Shown here: one piece after another, positions 1 through 12,009 of the stretch
How the letters are laid out: each line of letters starts with the position of its first letter
Position numbering within the stretch: the stretch's first letter is position 1
Assembly (NCBI GenBank): GCA_001938485.1
Contig: MQRK01248054.1
Span: 1-62,444, forward strand
Length of the DNA: 62,444 nucleotides
Source: Girardia tigrina
Taxonomy: Eukaryota
Reading direction: 5' to 3'
Program-made: the position numbers and the translations under genes
The notes under the pieces: model-generated
The model's database searches: none
What the model saw: the letters and a program-made list of their open reading frames with translations, nothing else
What the model was told of the DNA's origin: nothing

Positions 1-77
1 TATTAATAAGATCCATGGATCCAAAAATTAATATCCAAGCTTCACACTCAACTTCTCTATTAAACATTTTCAAATAG
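1..77 (+). mobile_element. 3' end of a Penelope-like element ORF (GIY-YIG endonuclease C-terminus)
   Basis: Frame from nt 3 reads LIRSMDPKINIQASHSTSLLNIFK*, matching the typical PLE terminal (ES)LLIxxxxPxLNxQ motif. With the Tc1/mariner insertion removed it is followed by a hammerhead motif and AATAAA. Confidence 0.65.
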
Positions 78-119
78 AGCCTTTATTACATGATTGATTG
101 CATAATCACCTTTCTCATA

Positions 120-1509
120 CCGGGTGTGACAAAAGTAACGCAAAACATGAAATTTAGATACAATATACATGTAAAACATTAAATTTTTATTCAAACACAA
201 CTAAAAACGTCGTTCAATTCATGTTCGATTAGTAATTCAGTCTTCGAAATGATGACCATCACTGTTCAAACATTTCTGCAGCCTTGAAGATGCCGACTGG
301 CACACCCTTTGGCACAACTCATTGTCCATTGATTGTACACCATCGGTGATTGCTGCGGTCAATTTCTCGATTGTTTGAGGCTTTCTGTTGTACACCAAGT
401 CTTTCAACGTTCCCCAAAGAAAAAAGTCCGGTGAGGTAAGATTAGGCGAACGCGGTGGCCATTCCATCCAACCACGCCTTCCAATCCACGAAGCTGGGAA
501 CTTTGCATTCAACCAGTCTCTCACAATAATTGCAAAATGTGGTGTTGCTCCGTCGTGCTGGAAAANNNNNNNNNNNNNNNNNNNNNNNNNNNNNNNAATC
601 TGAGGCCACAGCCATTCGGATAGCATTTCAAGGTAAGACGAACCTGACACAGTACCATCAAAGAAGTAGGGCCCAATAATTCCTTGAGAAGAAATGCCGC
701 ACCAGGCTGTGACTCCTGGAAGATTTACTTCTTTTTCGATGATCTCATGGGGATTGTTGCTTCTCCAGTAGATGCAGTTGTGCCTGTTAATGTGACCGTT
801 CAGCTTAAATACTGCCTCATCAGACCATAAGATGGAATTAACATAGGAAACATTTTCTTCAGCATAAGCCAAAAATTCTTCTGCAAAGTGTAGGCGTCGA
901 TCTGAGTCGTCTTCATGGAGTGCATGAAATAATCTCGGGATGTATGGTTTCAAGCCCATGCTTNNNNNNNNNNNNNNNNNNNNNNNNNNNNNNNNNNNNN
1001 NNNNNNNNNNNNNNNNNNNNNNNNNNNNNNNNNNNNNNNNNNNNNNNNNNNNNNNNNNNNNNNNNNNNNNNNNNNNNNNNNNNNNNNNNNNNNNNNNNNN
1101 NNNNNNNNNNNNNNNNNNNNNNNNNNNNNNNNNNNNNNNNNNNNNNNNNNNNNNNNNNNNNNNNNNNNNNNNNNNNNNNNNNNNNNNATTGCTTTGCTGT
1201 ATTACTGTAATTTCTGCACTTATAAAAGTATTTCACGGCTTTAATTCTTTCTTTGGTTGATAATCTGTTCTCCATTATCGATTAAATGAACTCCAAACGT
1301 TCACTTATAAATCCAATTTATGCTTAACACAAGCGATAAATCGATAAAGCAAATTTGAAATTCAAATTTTTTATTTATAAGAAAGAAAAGTTGAAACATA
1401 GAAATCGGCTGAGAAATGAGTCAAACTAATCATAGATTCTGAACGACCTTAAAAGTATGATTTAAAATTAAGTCGTTCCAAGATTTTGCGTTACTTTTGT
1501 CACACCCTG
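120..1509 (-). mobile_element. Tc1/mariner superfamily DNA transposon, DD41D (rosa-type), full length
   Basis: 26 bp TIRs CCGGGTGTGACAAAAGTAACGCAAAA (120-145) and its near-perfect reverse complement (1484-1509, 1 mismatch); TA on both sides (118-119, 1510-1511). Confidence 0.93.
237..1275 (-). CDS. DD41D transposase (partly masked; N- and C-terminal parts in different frames across the N run)
   Basis: Motifs WSDEA..LNG, FQHDGATPH, WPPRSPNLTSPDFFLWG; 41 residues between the second and third catalytic Asp; N-terminus MENRLSTKERIKAVKYFY at 1275. Confidence 0.85.
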
Positions 1510-1535
1510 TATATAAGCTGCAAAAAGCCAGTGTT

Positions 1536-1584
1536 AATTTAGTCTGAAGATGGCGGGTAATCCGCCGAAATTAATTACGAAAAT
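1536..1584 (+). ncRNA. Minimal type I hammerhead ribozyme of a Penelope pseudo-LTR (possibly degenerate)
   Basis: CTGAAGA (1544-1550), extra T, stem II GGCGG/CCGCC with GTAAT loop, GAAA (1567-1570), palindromic ATTAAT stem III, imperfect stem I AATTTAGT/ACGAAAAT; AATAAA at 1582-1587. Confidence 0.7.
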
Positions 1585-1769
1585 AAATTGTGAAAAACGG
1601 CGTTCACTTTTTAATAATGAATATAAATTGCCATTATTTTTTAAATTCCTTATATAAACAAATATTCCAAATTAATAAGACGTCAAATTTTTAGTTAGAA
1701 AATAAGTAATCAAAATATGAGGGGGTGATCAGACTTATGAATCATACTGTATTGGGTCTCCTTTATATG

Positions 1770-1852
1770 TGATCTCATTTTACGTGGTATCGTTTTTCCT
1801 AGGTCTCTTTTTTCCGTGGTCAATTTTTTTTTGGTCTCTTTTTTCCGGGAAT
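1770..1852. repeat. Short degenerate tandem repeats (GGTCTCTTTTTTCC-like), probable DNA-transposon terminal region
   Basis: Four to five imperfect copies of ggt(c/a)tc tttttcc(gt). Confidence 0.35.
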
Positions 1853-2077
1853 CGTAACCCTTAAAACGATTTTTGCCACAAAAAATTTAAATTAATTTAA
1901 TTATCTACTTACAATTGTAAGTAAATAATATGGGCGTTACGCAGATGAAACATTGGCCTTTTATATATAATTATTTTGATATAAACGTAATTTTTGGTAA
2001 TTTGTTTTAATTTTAAATATTGATTTTCTAGTCATTTGATAAGTGCTTATTTTAAATTCATTTAAATTGTGATAATA

Positions 2078-3430
2078 ATGCCAAAAACACGCAAATCATA
2101 CTACAGTATTAAAAAACTCAAAATCGTTAAGTATTCCGAAACATATGGAATCGGTGCAATAGTGGTATTTTATGAAACTGATGAGTTGAATGTGTAGCGT
2201 TGGAGGCAACAGAAGACTATTTCAGGCAATAAAACTAACGAAACGTAGGCGTTGATTTCGTAAAGAGTTTTTGCAGGAATTAGAATCGGAGTTAAAGGAG
2301 TGAGTGCTATCGAAACGAAGTGAAAACAGATGTGTTTCAACTATCAGCATAAATTTTTAAAAGCTAAATAATTGACGTATCAGAAGTCGATAAAAGACTT
2401 AAAAGGTAACAAAAATTGGTGTTTTCGATTCATGCAAAGACAAGAATTATCTGTAGGAGCTGTCACTACTGTTGGACAAAAACTGCGTAATAACTGGGAA
2501 GAAATATTTGCAGCTTTTGGACATTTCGTAAAAAATGTAATGAAAGAATTTACAACACATTTGGAATATGATGAAGTTCCCATTAGCTTTGATATGCCAA
2601 GTGGTTTCACTGTCGAAAGTATTAATAGTCTATTAATAGTAAAATCTCAGCGACTGATAAAGAAAAATATAATTTCACAGTTGTTTTATGTGACAGCTGA
2701 TGGAGCAAAATATACTCCGTTAGTCATTTTCAAATGAAAAACAAATGTTAACCCCAAAGGTTGGATGGCTACATAAATGTTTAGTTTTTGGTTGAAAAAC
2801 ATTTGACGTGAAAGGAAAAACTCATTTTTCTGTTCAAAGTACTTCTTATTGATGATTCCGAGCGTTCACAACTAACAGATGAAGTAAAAAAAAGTCGGAA
2901 AATATTCAAACATTGCTGTGATACCCGGTGGCCTAAATTCTAAGTTACAATTATTAGACATCAGTGTGAACAAGTCTTTTAAAAACAAAATGAGAGAAAA
3001 ATTGGAGTAATGGATGATAAAAGACTATCATTCTTATACTAAATCAAGATCAATAAAGAAAGATATGCTGAGGTATGTAAATTGATAGTAGAGAGCTAAA
3101 AAGAAATAACAGTAAATTGTGTGTAAAATGGATTTAGAGCGGTAATGATTTGCAATTATCCAAATGACGTCTTAACAGAGATTACTGAGTCTAACGAAAG
3201 TAAAAGTGATGACGAACCTGAACTCGAACTTGGAACTCAAATACCCGGAAATTTGAGCTACTTATTTGAAAACTTTAATATTGAAAGACGTTAAGAATTT
3301 GATGGCTTTAATCATATGATAAAATTTTATCATTTTCTCATTTGTAAAATTTTTAATTTCTAAATAAATATTTTTCATATTATAAGTCGAACATTTTTTC
3401 AAATTTTAAAAACCGCGGCTTATCTACACG
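2078..3430 (+). pseudogene. Decayed pogo-family transposase / element
   Basis: MPKTRKSY..KLKIVKYSETYG (Brinker-like HTH), NWCFRFMQRQELS (CENP-B-type HTH), DEVPISFDMP, NPKGWM, VIPGGLNSKLQLLDISVNKSFK (DDE_1); many stops and frameshifts; GCGGCTTAT subterminal motif near 3415. Confidence 0.8.
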
Positions 3431-3489
3431 AACTTAGGGTAATCTATTTGTACTACTTCTTTTAAAGTAGTTCATAAAGTAGTTCTGGC

Positions 3490-6399
3490 GTCGTGAAACT
3501 TCAGTCGAACCCAGGTACACCGGCCGAGACGATACTGAGTGTGAACGGACGCGTTGTAATAGACACGTGAAACAGCGTGACAATAGTTCGAGAGGCGCTC
3601 TGCGGTGTAGAGAAGCGATGGTCTCATAAGTTATAAGGGATAAGAGGAGCGACGTTAATCACGAGAGGCACGTTCGATGTGATAATAGAAGTAGAGGAGA
3701 TTCTGAAAATCAAGGTCTCGTGTATGATCGTGTCATTTATTTTTGATAATATCGATGTAATTTTGGGAATGGATTCAATAGAGAAATAAGGCGGGCTTTG
3801 TATCGATCATAAGGGAAATATTTATTTTCCTAAGGAAAAAGAAATCGGAAAAAAAGCCTGAATCTGAAGTACGTTTTTTTTGCAAAAAGGATTGCGAGAT
3901 CGAAGGCAGAAAAGAGATATCCATTGCAGATTTAGACTTTAGCGCAAAATTTAGTCATGGGAGGAGGACAGTGGAATGGAAATGGAGCCGCAAAGAACCT
4001 AAGCTGACAAATCAAATTGATTCTTATGCAATCAAAGATCAAGAAGTATGGACAAGATTTAGGGACGAAATCAATTCGTGGATAGAGAAAGGATGTTTGA
4101 TGAAAAGTGATGATCAAACAAAGCAAGAGTTATTACCACTGATGGCTGTGATTCTGAAGCAGAAAAATAAAGTGAGACCCGTACTTGATTTTCGCGAGTT
4201 AAATCCCGACATTTCGTCATACACGATGGATTTGGACTCGTGCGACGCTAAACTACGAGAATGGCGACAGAAATCTGAAAATGTACAGGCACTGGATCTT
4301 CGGAAGGCGTATTTGCAGTTACACGTCAAAGAGAATCTTTGGAAATATCAGAGGGTATGCTACGATGGAGTCGTATACAATTTGACAAGGCTAGGTTTCG
4401 GTTTGGCGTCAGCTGCACTTATTATGACGAAAGTGCTGGAACGTGTGTTGAGCCTCAAAGAAAAAATACGTTCCGAAACCAGCATTTACGTTGACGACAT
4501 TTTAGTAGACGGATCAGTTGTTTCGGTAGAAGTTTTTGAGCATCTGAAATGTTTTGGTTTGGAGTGCAAAGACACGTCGGATTTCATCGGATCGAAGTTG
4601 TTAGGTCTACAAATTTATGAGAAAGATGAAACAGTCATGTGGACCAGAGGAAGGACCGTTCCGGAAATTGTCGGTCGTTTAACGAAAAAGGGTGTGTTTT
4701 CGTTGGGTGAACAGTTAAATAGTCATTATCCAATCGCAGGATAGTTGATGGTATCTGCAAATTTCATAAAAAGAAAATCTAATCGATATCGTTGGCAAGA
4801 AACAGTATCTGAAGATATACGAACAATGTTGGAAGATACAATTAAACGAGTGAGGAATGATGATCCCGTAAACGGCTGTTGGTTACGACGCGAGGTTGAA
4901 TGAGCACACATCAATGTTGCCGAACTCGAGGCGGTCGTGAGGGGAATAAATTTTGCATTAAAATGGGGAGTGAGGGAATTGGACATTGTTACTGACTCTG
5001 AATCTGTCTTTGGCTAGTTGAATGGAGTTCTGCACTGAGAAAAGAAGATCAAAGTAACCGGAATGAATGATATGTTAGTCAGACAGAGATTAAGGACTAT
5101 TGTGGAGATCTTGGAAAGTTATAACGTGAAATGGAAACCGATTTGGACATCATCGGAATTGAACATAGCTGACGCTTTAAGACGGATAGGAAGTTCGTGG
5201 TTAGACCGGAGTCATAGAGAGATTGTAATAATGTCGAATGATACGAAGCTCACTGACACAGATATCCGTCGAGAGCATTCAAAACTTCATTTCGGAGTTG
5301 AGAGAAGTCAAAACATTTTAATTCGACAATGATTCCACGTGAATAAAGACGATATAAAAAAGTAATTCAGAATTGTAACGAATGTAATTCGATAGACTCG
5401 CATCCAGTACGAATCGAAAAGGGACAGTTAACAAATGACGAGGTGTGGAATACTTTGGTGACGAATTTCACGCATCACAATGGGAAGCTCTTCTTGACAA
5501 TCATAGACTGTTGCTCGCGTTATTCCATCTGGAGAGAGGTTAACGGGGAATCATCAGAAGAGCTATTAAGGCATTTCAGTCAAAATATTTTACGAGTTTG
5601 GGCCGCCAAAGGTGGTTTTAGCAGACAATGGAAAAGCTTTCAGATCTGAGGCGTTTCAGGAGCTGTGTAAAGAGTGGAAAGTAAAGTTGCATTTCCGATG
5701 CGCTTACAAGCCGAGCGGCAACGGCGTGGTCAAACGGGTGCATCGGACGGTAAAGAGAACAATGACGAGAGCAGGCATAAACTCACGTGGTACCGTTTAT
5801 TGGTATAACATCGCCCCTCGAACTGGAAAGAGGACATCTCCGCAGGAGGAGCTGTTCTGGTACAGATGGAGGATGTTAAGACAGGGAGAGATTTCACCGA
5901 ATGTACGACACGTTGAAGTGGGTAACACTGTTGGTGAGTGGGTATACGTGAAACCTCCAAATGTTCGCTGTTCTGAAGCGTGGCAAAAAGGGACAATAAC
6001 CGGAGTGAATTCCAATTTTTGCGTGGATGTGGACGGAATCCCTCGACACGTGAGAGATGTAAGAAACGTAAGCGTACCAACCGAGGATGTCGTTAAGTCG
6101 TATGGAGGAAGAGGTGATTCGAGTTCCTACGAGCTGCGGGAGGGAGAATTGTCGGACGATGAAATCGATCTAACGTTGTTAGATGAAGGAATGGGATCGC
6201 GACGATCAACTCGGCGTAGGGGGCCTTCTGCGTATTTGAGGGACTACGAGTTGGATCAAAGCTCTGAAGAGGGAATGTAGCAATATGGTTGATATTGTTT
6301 TTGTTTTATTGGACATAAATGCGCGCAATTTGACTTGACTGAAATCTCGCAGTTACATTGAATAAATATTTCGGTGTTTTTATTGTTTTTGCTCTTACA
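3490..6399 (+). mobile_element. Ty3/Gypsy LTR retrotransposon, 5'-truncated and degenerate (PR-RT-RH-IN, 3' LTR)
   Basis: Protease-like VNGRVVIDT; RT PVLDFRELN, LDLRKAYLQL, LGFGLASA, IYVDDIL; RNase H HINVAELEAV..VTDS; integrase LADNGKAF..AYKPSGNGVVKRVHRTVK; purine tract before TGTAG at 6276. Confidence 0.9.
6276..6399 (+). repeat. Short (~124 bp) 3' LTR
   Basis: Starts TGTAG right after purine tract GAAGAGGGAA, contains AATAAA, ends TTACA. No 5' partner seen. Confidence 0.6.
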
Positions 6400-6814
6400 A
6401 ATTTCTAAAAAAATAAGAATATAAATACTATTTAATATTAATATTACATTACTAAAATGATCGAATCTACTAACCTGAGTTTTATATCGATTTGAAACAT
6501 GTTTAACTGGTCTTTCAGAACTGTAAAATTAAATTGAATATATTATAATATAAAATAATATCATTTAATTGTTTTCATTTATATGAATGAATCAAAGAAT
6601 TTATCCTACTAAAAGATTAAAAATATTTTTTATTTCAATCTTATTTATTAAGTTATCAGGAAGGTTCTTATGGTTTTCTGCAACTGTTCGTAATTCCTCT
6701 GTTTCTTAATAAATATTTCACTTATTTTGCATTTTGATATTACATCATCTACAGATTAATTCTCTCTCTTTTATGGTATAATGCAGGTAGATGGTGAAGG
6801 CGTAGAGAATCCGA

Positions 6815-7631
6815 TTAAGATACTGCACCTCCACCTTTTACATGTGTGGATAAGAACTGGCGGACCACGAGATGATCGGCTCTTTCAATGGGGATGTTAG
6901 CGCGCACGAGCATTTCCAGAAAATCATGAGTTACTTTATCTCTCTGCGCTTTAGCAGTGACTTGCTGTTCAAATAAAGTCGTCACCTTACACTGCCTCTT
7001 AGCTTGCCCACCCGAGGAAGCTTCTGTCTGAGATTTCAGCATAGCTTCTTTATGCTTGGCACTGTTGAAATGATCTGTGATGGTTTGGCGTCGCACATGA
7101 TCAACAGCCTTGTTACAAAATGAGCAGAAGAGAATTTGCCCATCGCTGTTAAATTTATCTTTTCCAAACTCTGCTACTTGGTATTTTGCGGATATCTTAG
7201 TCCACGTCTTAGACATACTATGTTTAATACACATGTGTACAAATTAAAAGGGCATTATTAAATTGATCAAGTTAATTAACAAATTAAAAAACACACATCA
7301 TACATACATTTTTTTTACATTGATTAATAAATTGATTTAAATACATTGATTTAAATAAATTTATAAAAAATTTTACTTCTTATTTTTTTTATTTGAAAAT
7401 TCAATATTTTTAAACTAATATTAAAACAAATTTGTTAATATTGATTTTTAAATATTATCGCAATTTAAATTGAAATTGTTTGTTATTTTTTATTTTTTTA
7501 ATTATTATTTTTTCATTTTACAATTTTTAATTTTAATAAATGATCATGCAATTTCATTTTCCGCGGGATTCAGTGAATTTTTCTTTTTTTTTCTGCGGTA
7601 TTCCGCGGCCCGCGGAATTGTTGTGTCCCTG
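6815..7631 (-). mobile_element. hAT-type element remnant encoding a CGGBP1-like zinc-finger N-terminus
   Basis: ORF 7234-6815: ISAKYQVAEFGKDKFNSDGQILFCSFCNKAVDHVRRQTITDHFNSAKH (C2H2/BED-like) and FLEMLVRANIPIERADH; hAT-like terminus CAGGGACACAAC on the minus strand ending at 7631, with CCGCGG subterminal repeats. Confidence 0.7.
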
Positions 7632-8639
7632 ATTATCATCCAACAAATACTTATTCAAATGGCCTCAATAAGCCGTCGCTCAATAGGCAAAAGTATGTCA
7701 ACAATATTGGTAAAATACTTTGATGAATAACATAAATATTTTTATTGGTAAATTATCAATAAACTTTTATTTTAGTTTTACAAATCTCATACATGTCCTA
7801 CTTAGTATAATATAAAAATTTTATGTCAATGTTTTCATGAGTGTTTCTACAAATTTCATTCATGACGACCTTTTATATGAGCTTAGACTCGCTATTAAAC
7901 ATCTGGTTCAAAATACTATTTGTATTAAAACATGTCTTCCATTTCACTGTATTTATATATTTCTAATCCTAAATTTATTCATCATAAATTTATTCAACAC
8001 TTTAGAATTCGGTTTCTGAAGTTTTTATTTATTAATAAAACTAGCAAATCCACGTTTGAGAAAATTGTACAACTTATATTTTTAAACCTAGTTGAAACTA
8101 AAAGCTTGCAATGACAATTTGTGTCAAACAAAATAATTAATCATATGATGAATACGTTGTTTTATGATGATGCTTTTCTTATTTTACAAACCACTTTTAC
8201 AACGTAATTATAGGTTTTAAATAAAAGAGATGTTTACCTTGAGACAAAATTAAGCTTAATGCACACCGCAGCTGCAAAAGTCGAGCTTCATTACTCATCT
8301 GAAACCCTCAAACACTCTACCATCAATTGAGTGTAGAAATCGCAATACGTTTACAACGGAGAAAGTAAATAAAACGTTTGTATAACATAATTATTTTTAT
8401 GTTAATAAATTTCGTGATTCAATACGGAGTTATTTTTTAATATTTTTTCTGTTTTCAACTACGTTTTTCTTCAATAAGTGTATTATTTAATTATTTTGAT
8501 TTCTCATTTAAAAGTCTGTAAAAGTACTTATTATTATTACATTTTTATAAATGAATAATGAAATAAAAAATTTCAAATTTCGAGTAACGAATTCAGTCTT
8601 TTTTGTGTCAATGAACCAGTTTTTGTGAAGAATGTGTAA

Positions 8640-8870
8640 GGCAATACTTTAAAATTTACAGATGGGAATAAACTTTAGAGATGAAGACCGTAGTAAGCTA
8701 AAATTAGTTATGAGCAACGCTAATTTGAGATCATTAGTAGAACAAATTTTATAAATATTATTCGAGACATTGTCACTGACTTTGGAGTGAGTGTTAGAAC
8801 GGTGTAAAACCATTTGAAATCCATTTCCAAGATTAAAAAAAATCTTACAAACGGACTTCACACGAATTAA
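8640..8870 (+). pseudogene. Mariner transposase HTH fragment
   Basis: Degenerate ..FRDEDRSK..LRSLVEQ..DFGVSVRTV*NHLKSISKIKK. Confidence 0.5.
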
Positions 8871-9188
8871 AATTGTAATAAATAAATGATTTAATCAGTA
8901 ATTTATTGAAGATTGAAAAAAATTAAATTTACTAAAATAACTCACAAAATTCAAATATTATAAAAAAGTAACATTTTAAATTAAAATATAACAAAAAACG
9001 CCATAAACATTTAAACAATTAAGACTAAAATTTTCCTTTTAATATTATTTTTAAATTTATTTAATTAAAAATATAAACAACAATTAGAAATGGTCTAAAA
9101 TTTAATTTTCAACGATATAAAAATGCTTATTAAAATGTATTTATCTCCTAACAAACCTAATATAAATCTAAGTTTTAATAATTTAGAC

Positions 9189-11650
9189 CAGGGGTTGTCA
9201 ACCTTTTTTCATGTAGCGCCCCCCTTTTTCTAAATTTTGAAAACGTAAACTTGCCAGCGCCCACCTTCTAAAAAATTCAAACGAATCTTATTTATATTAT
9301 AAACTTTAAAAATGAAAACAAAGTGATATTTACAATTCGTAAAAATTTATTTTTCATTTTGTATTGGGTGTACAACTAATTAATTTCGTATTTTTTTTGT
9401 TAAAAAAACCATTTATTTAAGTATAAAAGTGAAAAAATATTTTATTCAAAATATTGTCCATCGGAAGCGGCAACTTTTTCNNNNNNNNNNNNNNNNNNNN
9501 NNNNNNNNNNNNNNNNNNNNNNNNNNNNNNNNNNNNNNNNNNNNNNNNNNNNNNNNNNNNNNNNNNNNNNNNNNNNNNNNNNNNNNNNNNNNNNNNNNNN
9601 NNNNNNNNNNNNNNNNNNNNNNNNNNNNNNNNNNNNNNNNNNNNNNNNNNNNNNNNNNNNNNNNNNNNNNNNNNNNNNNNNNNNNNNNNNNNNNNNNNNN
9701 NNNNNNNNNNNNNNNNNNNNNNNNNNNNNNNNNNNNNNNNNNNNNNNNNNNNNNNNNNNNNNNNNNNNNNNNNNNNNNNNNNNNNNNNNNNNNNNNNNNN
9801 NNNNNNNNNNNNNNNNNNNNNNNNNNNNNNNNNNNNNNNNNNNNNNNNNNNNNNNNNNNNNNNNNNNNNNNNNNNNNNNNNNNNNNNNNNNNNNNNNNNN
9901 NNNNNNNNNNNNNNNNNNNNNNNNNNNNNNNNNNNNNNNNNNNNNNNNNNNNNNNNNNNNNNNNNNNNNNNNNNNNNNNNNNNNNNNNNNNNNNNNNNNN
10001 NNNNNNNNNNNNNNNNNNNNNNNNNNNNNNNNNNNNNNNNNNNNNNNNNNNNNNNNNNNNNNNNNNNNNNNNNNNNNNNNNNNNNNNNNNNNNNNNNNNN
10101 NNNNNNNNNNNNNNNNNNNNNNNNNNNNNNNNNNNNNNNNNNNNNNNNNNNNNNNNNNNNNNNNNNNNNNNNNNNNNNNNNNNNNNNNNNNNNNNNNNNN
10201 NNNNNNNNNNNNNNNNNNNNNNNNNNACTTTTAAATCGTGCAAAACACTGCTGACATACTCTAACCTCTGGAGCATATTCAGGATAAGCTTCTGAGAGTA
10301 AACGATGTGCTTCTGTTGCACTTTTCCTTAAATTAAAGAACAAAAACAAACCTCCCGCAAATGCTGTTTTGTTGGAACGTAATTTGACATTTTGACTGTA
10401 ATAAAAAAAATTTGTGTGTTTACTAAAATTCAATAAAATTGACTATTGACTACATAAATAGATATGAGGTTAGTAACAAATTCGAAATGAGGTAACAAAT
10501 ATGAAATGAGGTAACAAATACGAATATAACGTTATTTCGTAACAAATACGAAATTAATTAGTTGTACACCTAATAACTTTTACAGAACTTTATATAGCAC
10601 TTAATTTGAATCCTAGACCTGATGTTTTTTGACAAGTTTATCTATTTCTGGCTTCAACTGAGTCAATACAAGACGAAGGTCTCCTCTGTTTTTAATATCC
10701 AAACGATTTCATTTTCTGTTCAACAGATTCATTACAGTGCTAAAACCAGCCTCCAACAGATACGTTGAGAGTAATGTAAGTAATAGCAATGCATCTGAGA
10801 CCATAATCTAGGATACAGAGTTGTCATTCTTGATTGTTGCCATAAATTCATCAGTTCTTCATTGCTGAAATTTATTTGACACCTTTCATCATTCTGTAAT
10901 TCTAGCAACTCCTCCTGTTATTGAATTCCAACATTAAAAATTGTTACCTGATGAGTCATCCATGAGTCAATCTTCATTACAACAATATCATGAAAGTGAG
11001 TTTCCATATCTTTCTTTAATTCCAGCAAATGATTATCATAACGTTCAACATCTTTTGGCAATAATTCGTTTGTTAAAGAAGTTGACACAGGAAATTTGTA
11101 GAATTCCTTTTGTAAGAATGTTCTAACGGAATAAATCAAGCTTCTTGGTGAGTGTAACAATGATTCATTTTCAATCAATAAGAGTTATCATCTTGCCTTG
11201 AAGTTGCAAGTTCATTTCATTAAACCTTTGATATAGTCCAGCCAGGTAAAACACATCATTCTTGATTTTCCTCAACTCATTGCAAAAGTCAGAATTATTC
11301 TCTTCTTCAAAAAATTCCAGAATACTGTTAAACAACTCAATAAAGCGATATAGACAATTTCCTTTAGAAATCCAACGTACATCAGTATGCAGCAAAAGTT
11401 TATTATGTCCTTCATCAATTTTCTCTCAAAATTGATGAAAAATTCGATCGCTCTTTTCGATCATGTCGCTCTATTCGATCGATCATGTGATTTTGTTCAC
11501 ACCTTTTATGACTATGTTTAAGGAATCATGTAACTGTGGACTAAGATTTTTAGCAACAAAATGCTGTCTATGAATCCAACAAAGAATGGTAAAAATGTCT
11601 TGAACTTCCCTTTTTAAATAGATTATAAAACCTCGATTACAGTCATTATT
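9189..11650 (-). mobile_element. hAT (Buster/Charlie-like) transposon remnant, interrupted by a mariner
   Basis: Terminus CAGGGGTTGTCAACC at 9189 preceded by ATTTAGAC (nnnTAnnn Buster-type target); minus-strand pieces LHTDVRWISKGNCLYRF, FYLAGLYQRFNEMNLQLQG, STYLLEAGFSTV at 10600-11640. The other end was not found. Confidence 0.8.
9364..10573 (-). mobile_element. Mariner element, transposase mostly masked
   Basis: ~30 bp TIRs TTGGGTGTACAACTAATTAATTTCGTATTT / reverse complement ending 10573, TA flanks; FFNLRKSATEAHRLLSEAYPEYAPEVRVCQQCFARFKS is a Mos1-type HTH. Confidence 0.9.
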
Positions 11651-12009
11651 GCAGAAAAAGGTGATAACATCAAAATTTGACTTTTATATATTATTTAAGA
11701 AACGGATATTTATTATTTAAATTTCTTCTAAATCTGGGAAATAAAAATGATTAAATAGTTGTTAAAAGTCAGATATTTTATATGCAAATGCGGATTTTAA
11801 ACATTTTGTAAAAACCTAAAATTGATGGAGATGATTATTAATTTATCCCTTACTGTATCATCAATAAAATAAAAAATAAATTACTGTACTTACAGTTTTA
11901 AAAATGTTAAAAATTGTACAAATTTGAAAAAGTAAATCTTAATTATTACTTAAACAATGGATATTTTAGTTAATTATAATATTAATATTTAGTTAATTAG
12001 TATTTAGTA

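Noticed and set aside
7470-8114. Short F/I/L/K/N-rich ORFs here and throughout the AT-rich stretches
   Set aside because: Their composition is what random AT-rich DNA yields; no motifs, and many others are merely antisense to TE ORFs.
9417-10433. Long ORFs running through N runs (also 913-1275, 24736-25074, 61923-62186)
   Set aside because: Their length is an artefact of masked bases; only the flanking unmasked residues were used.
10947-10975. CTGATGAG as a second hammerhead core
   Set aside because: No stem II followed by GAAA; it lies within the antisense of hAT transposase coding sequence.
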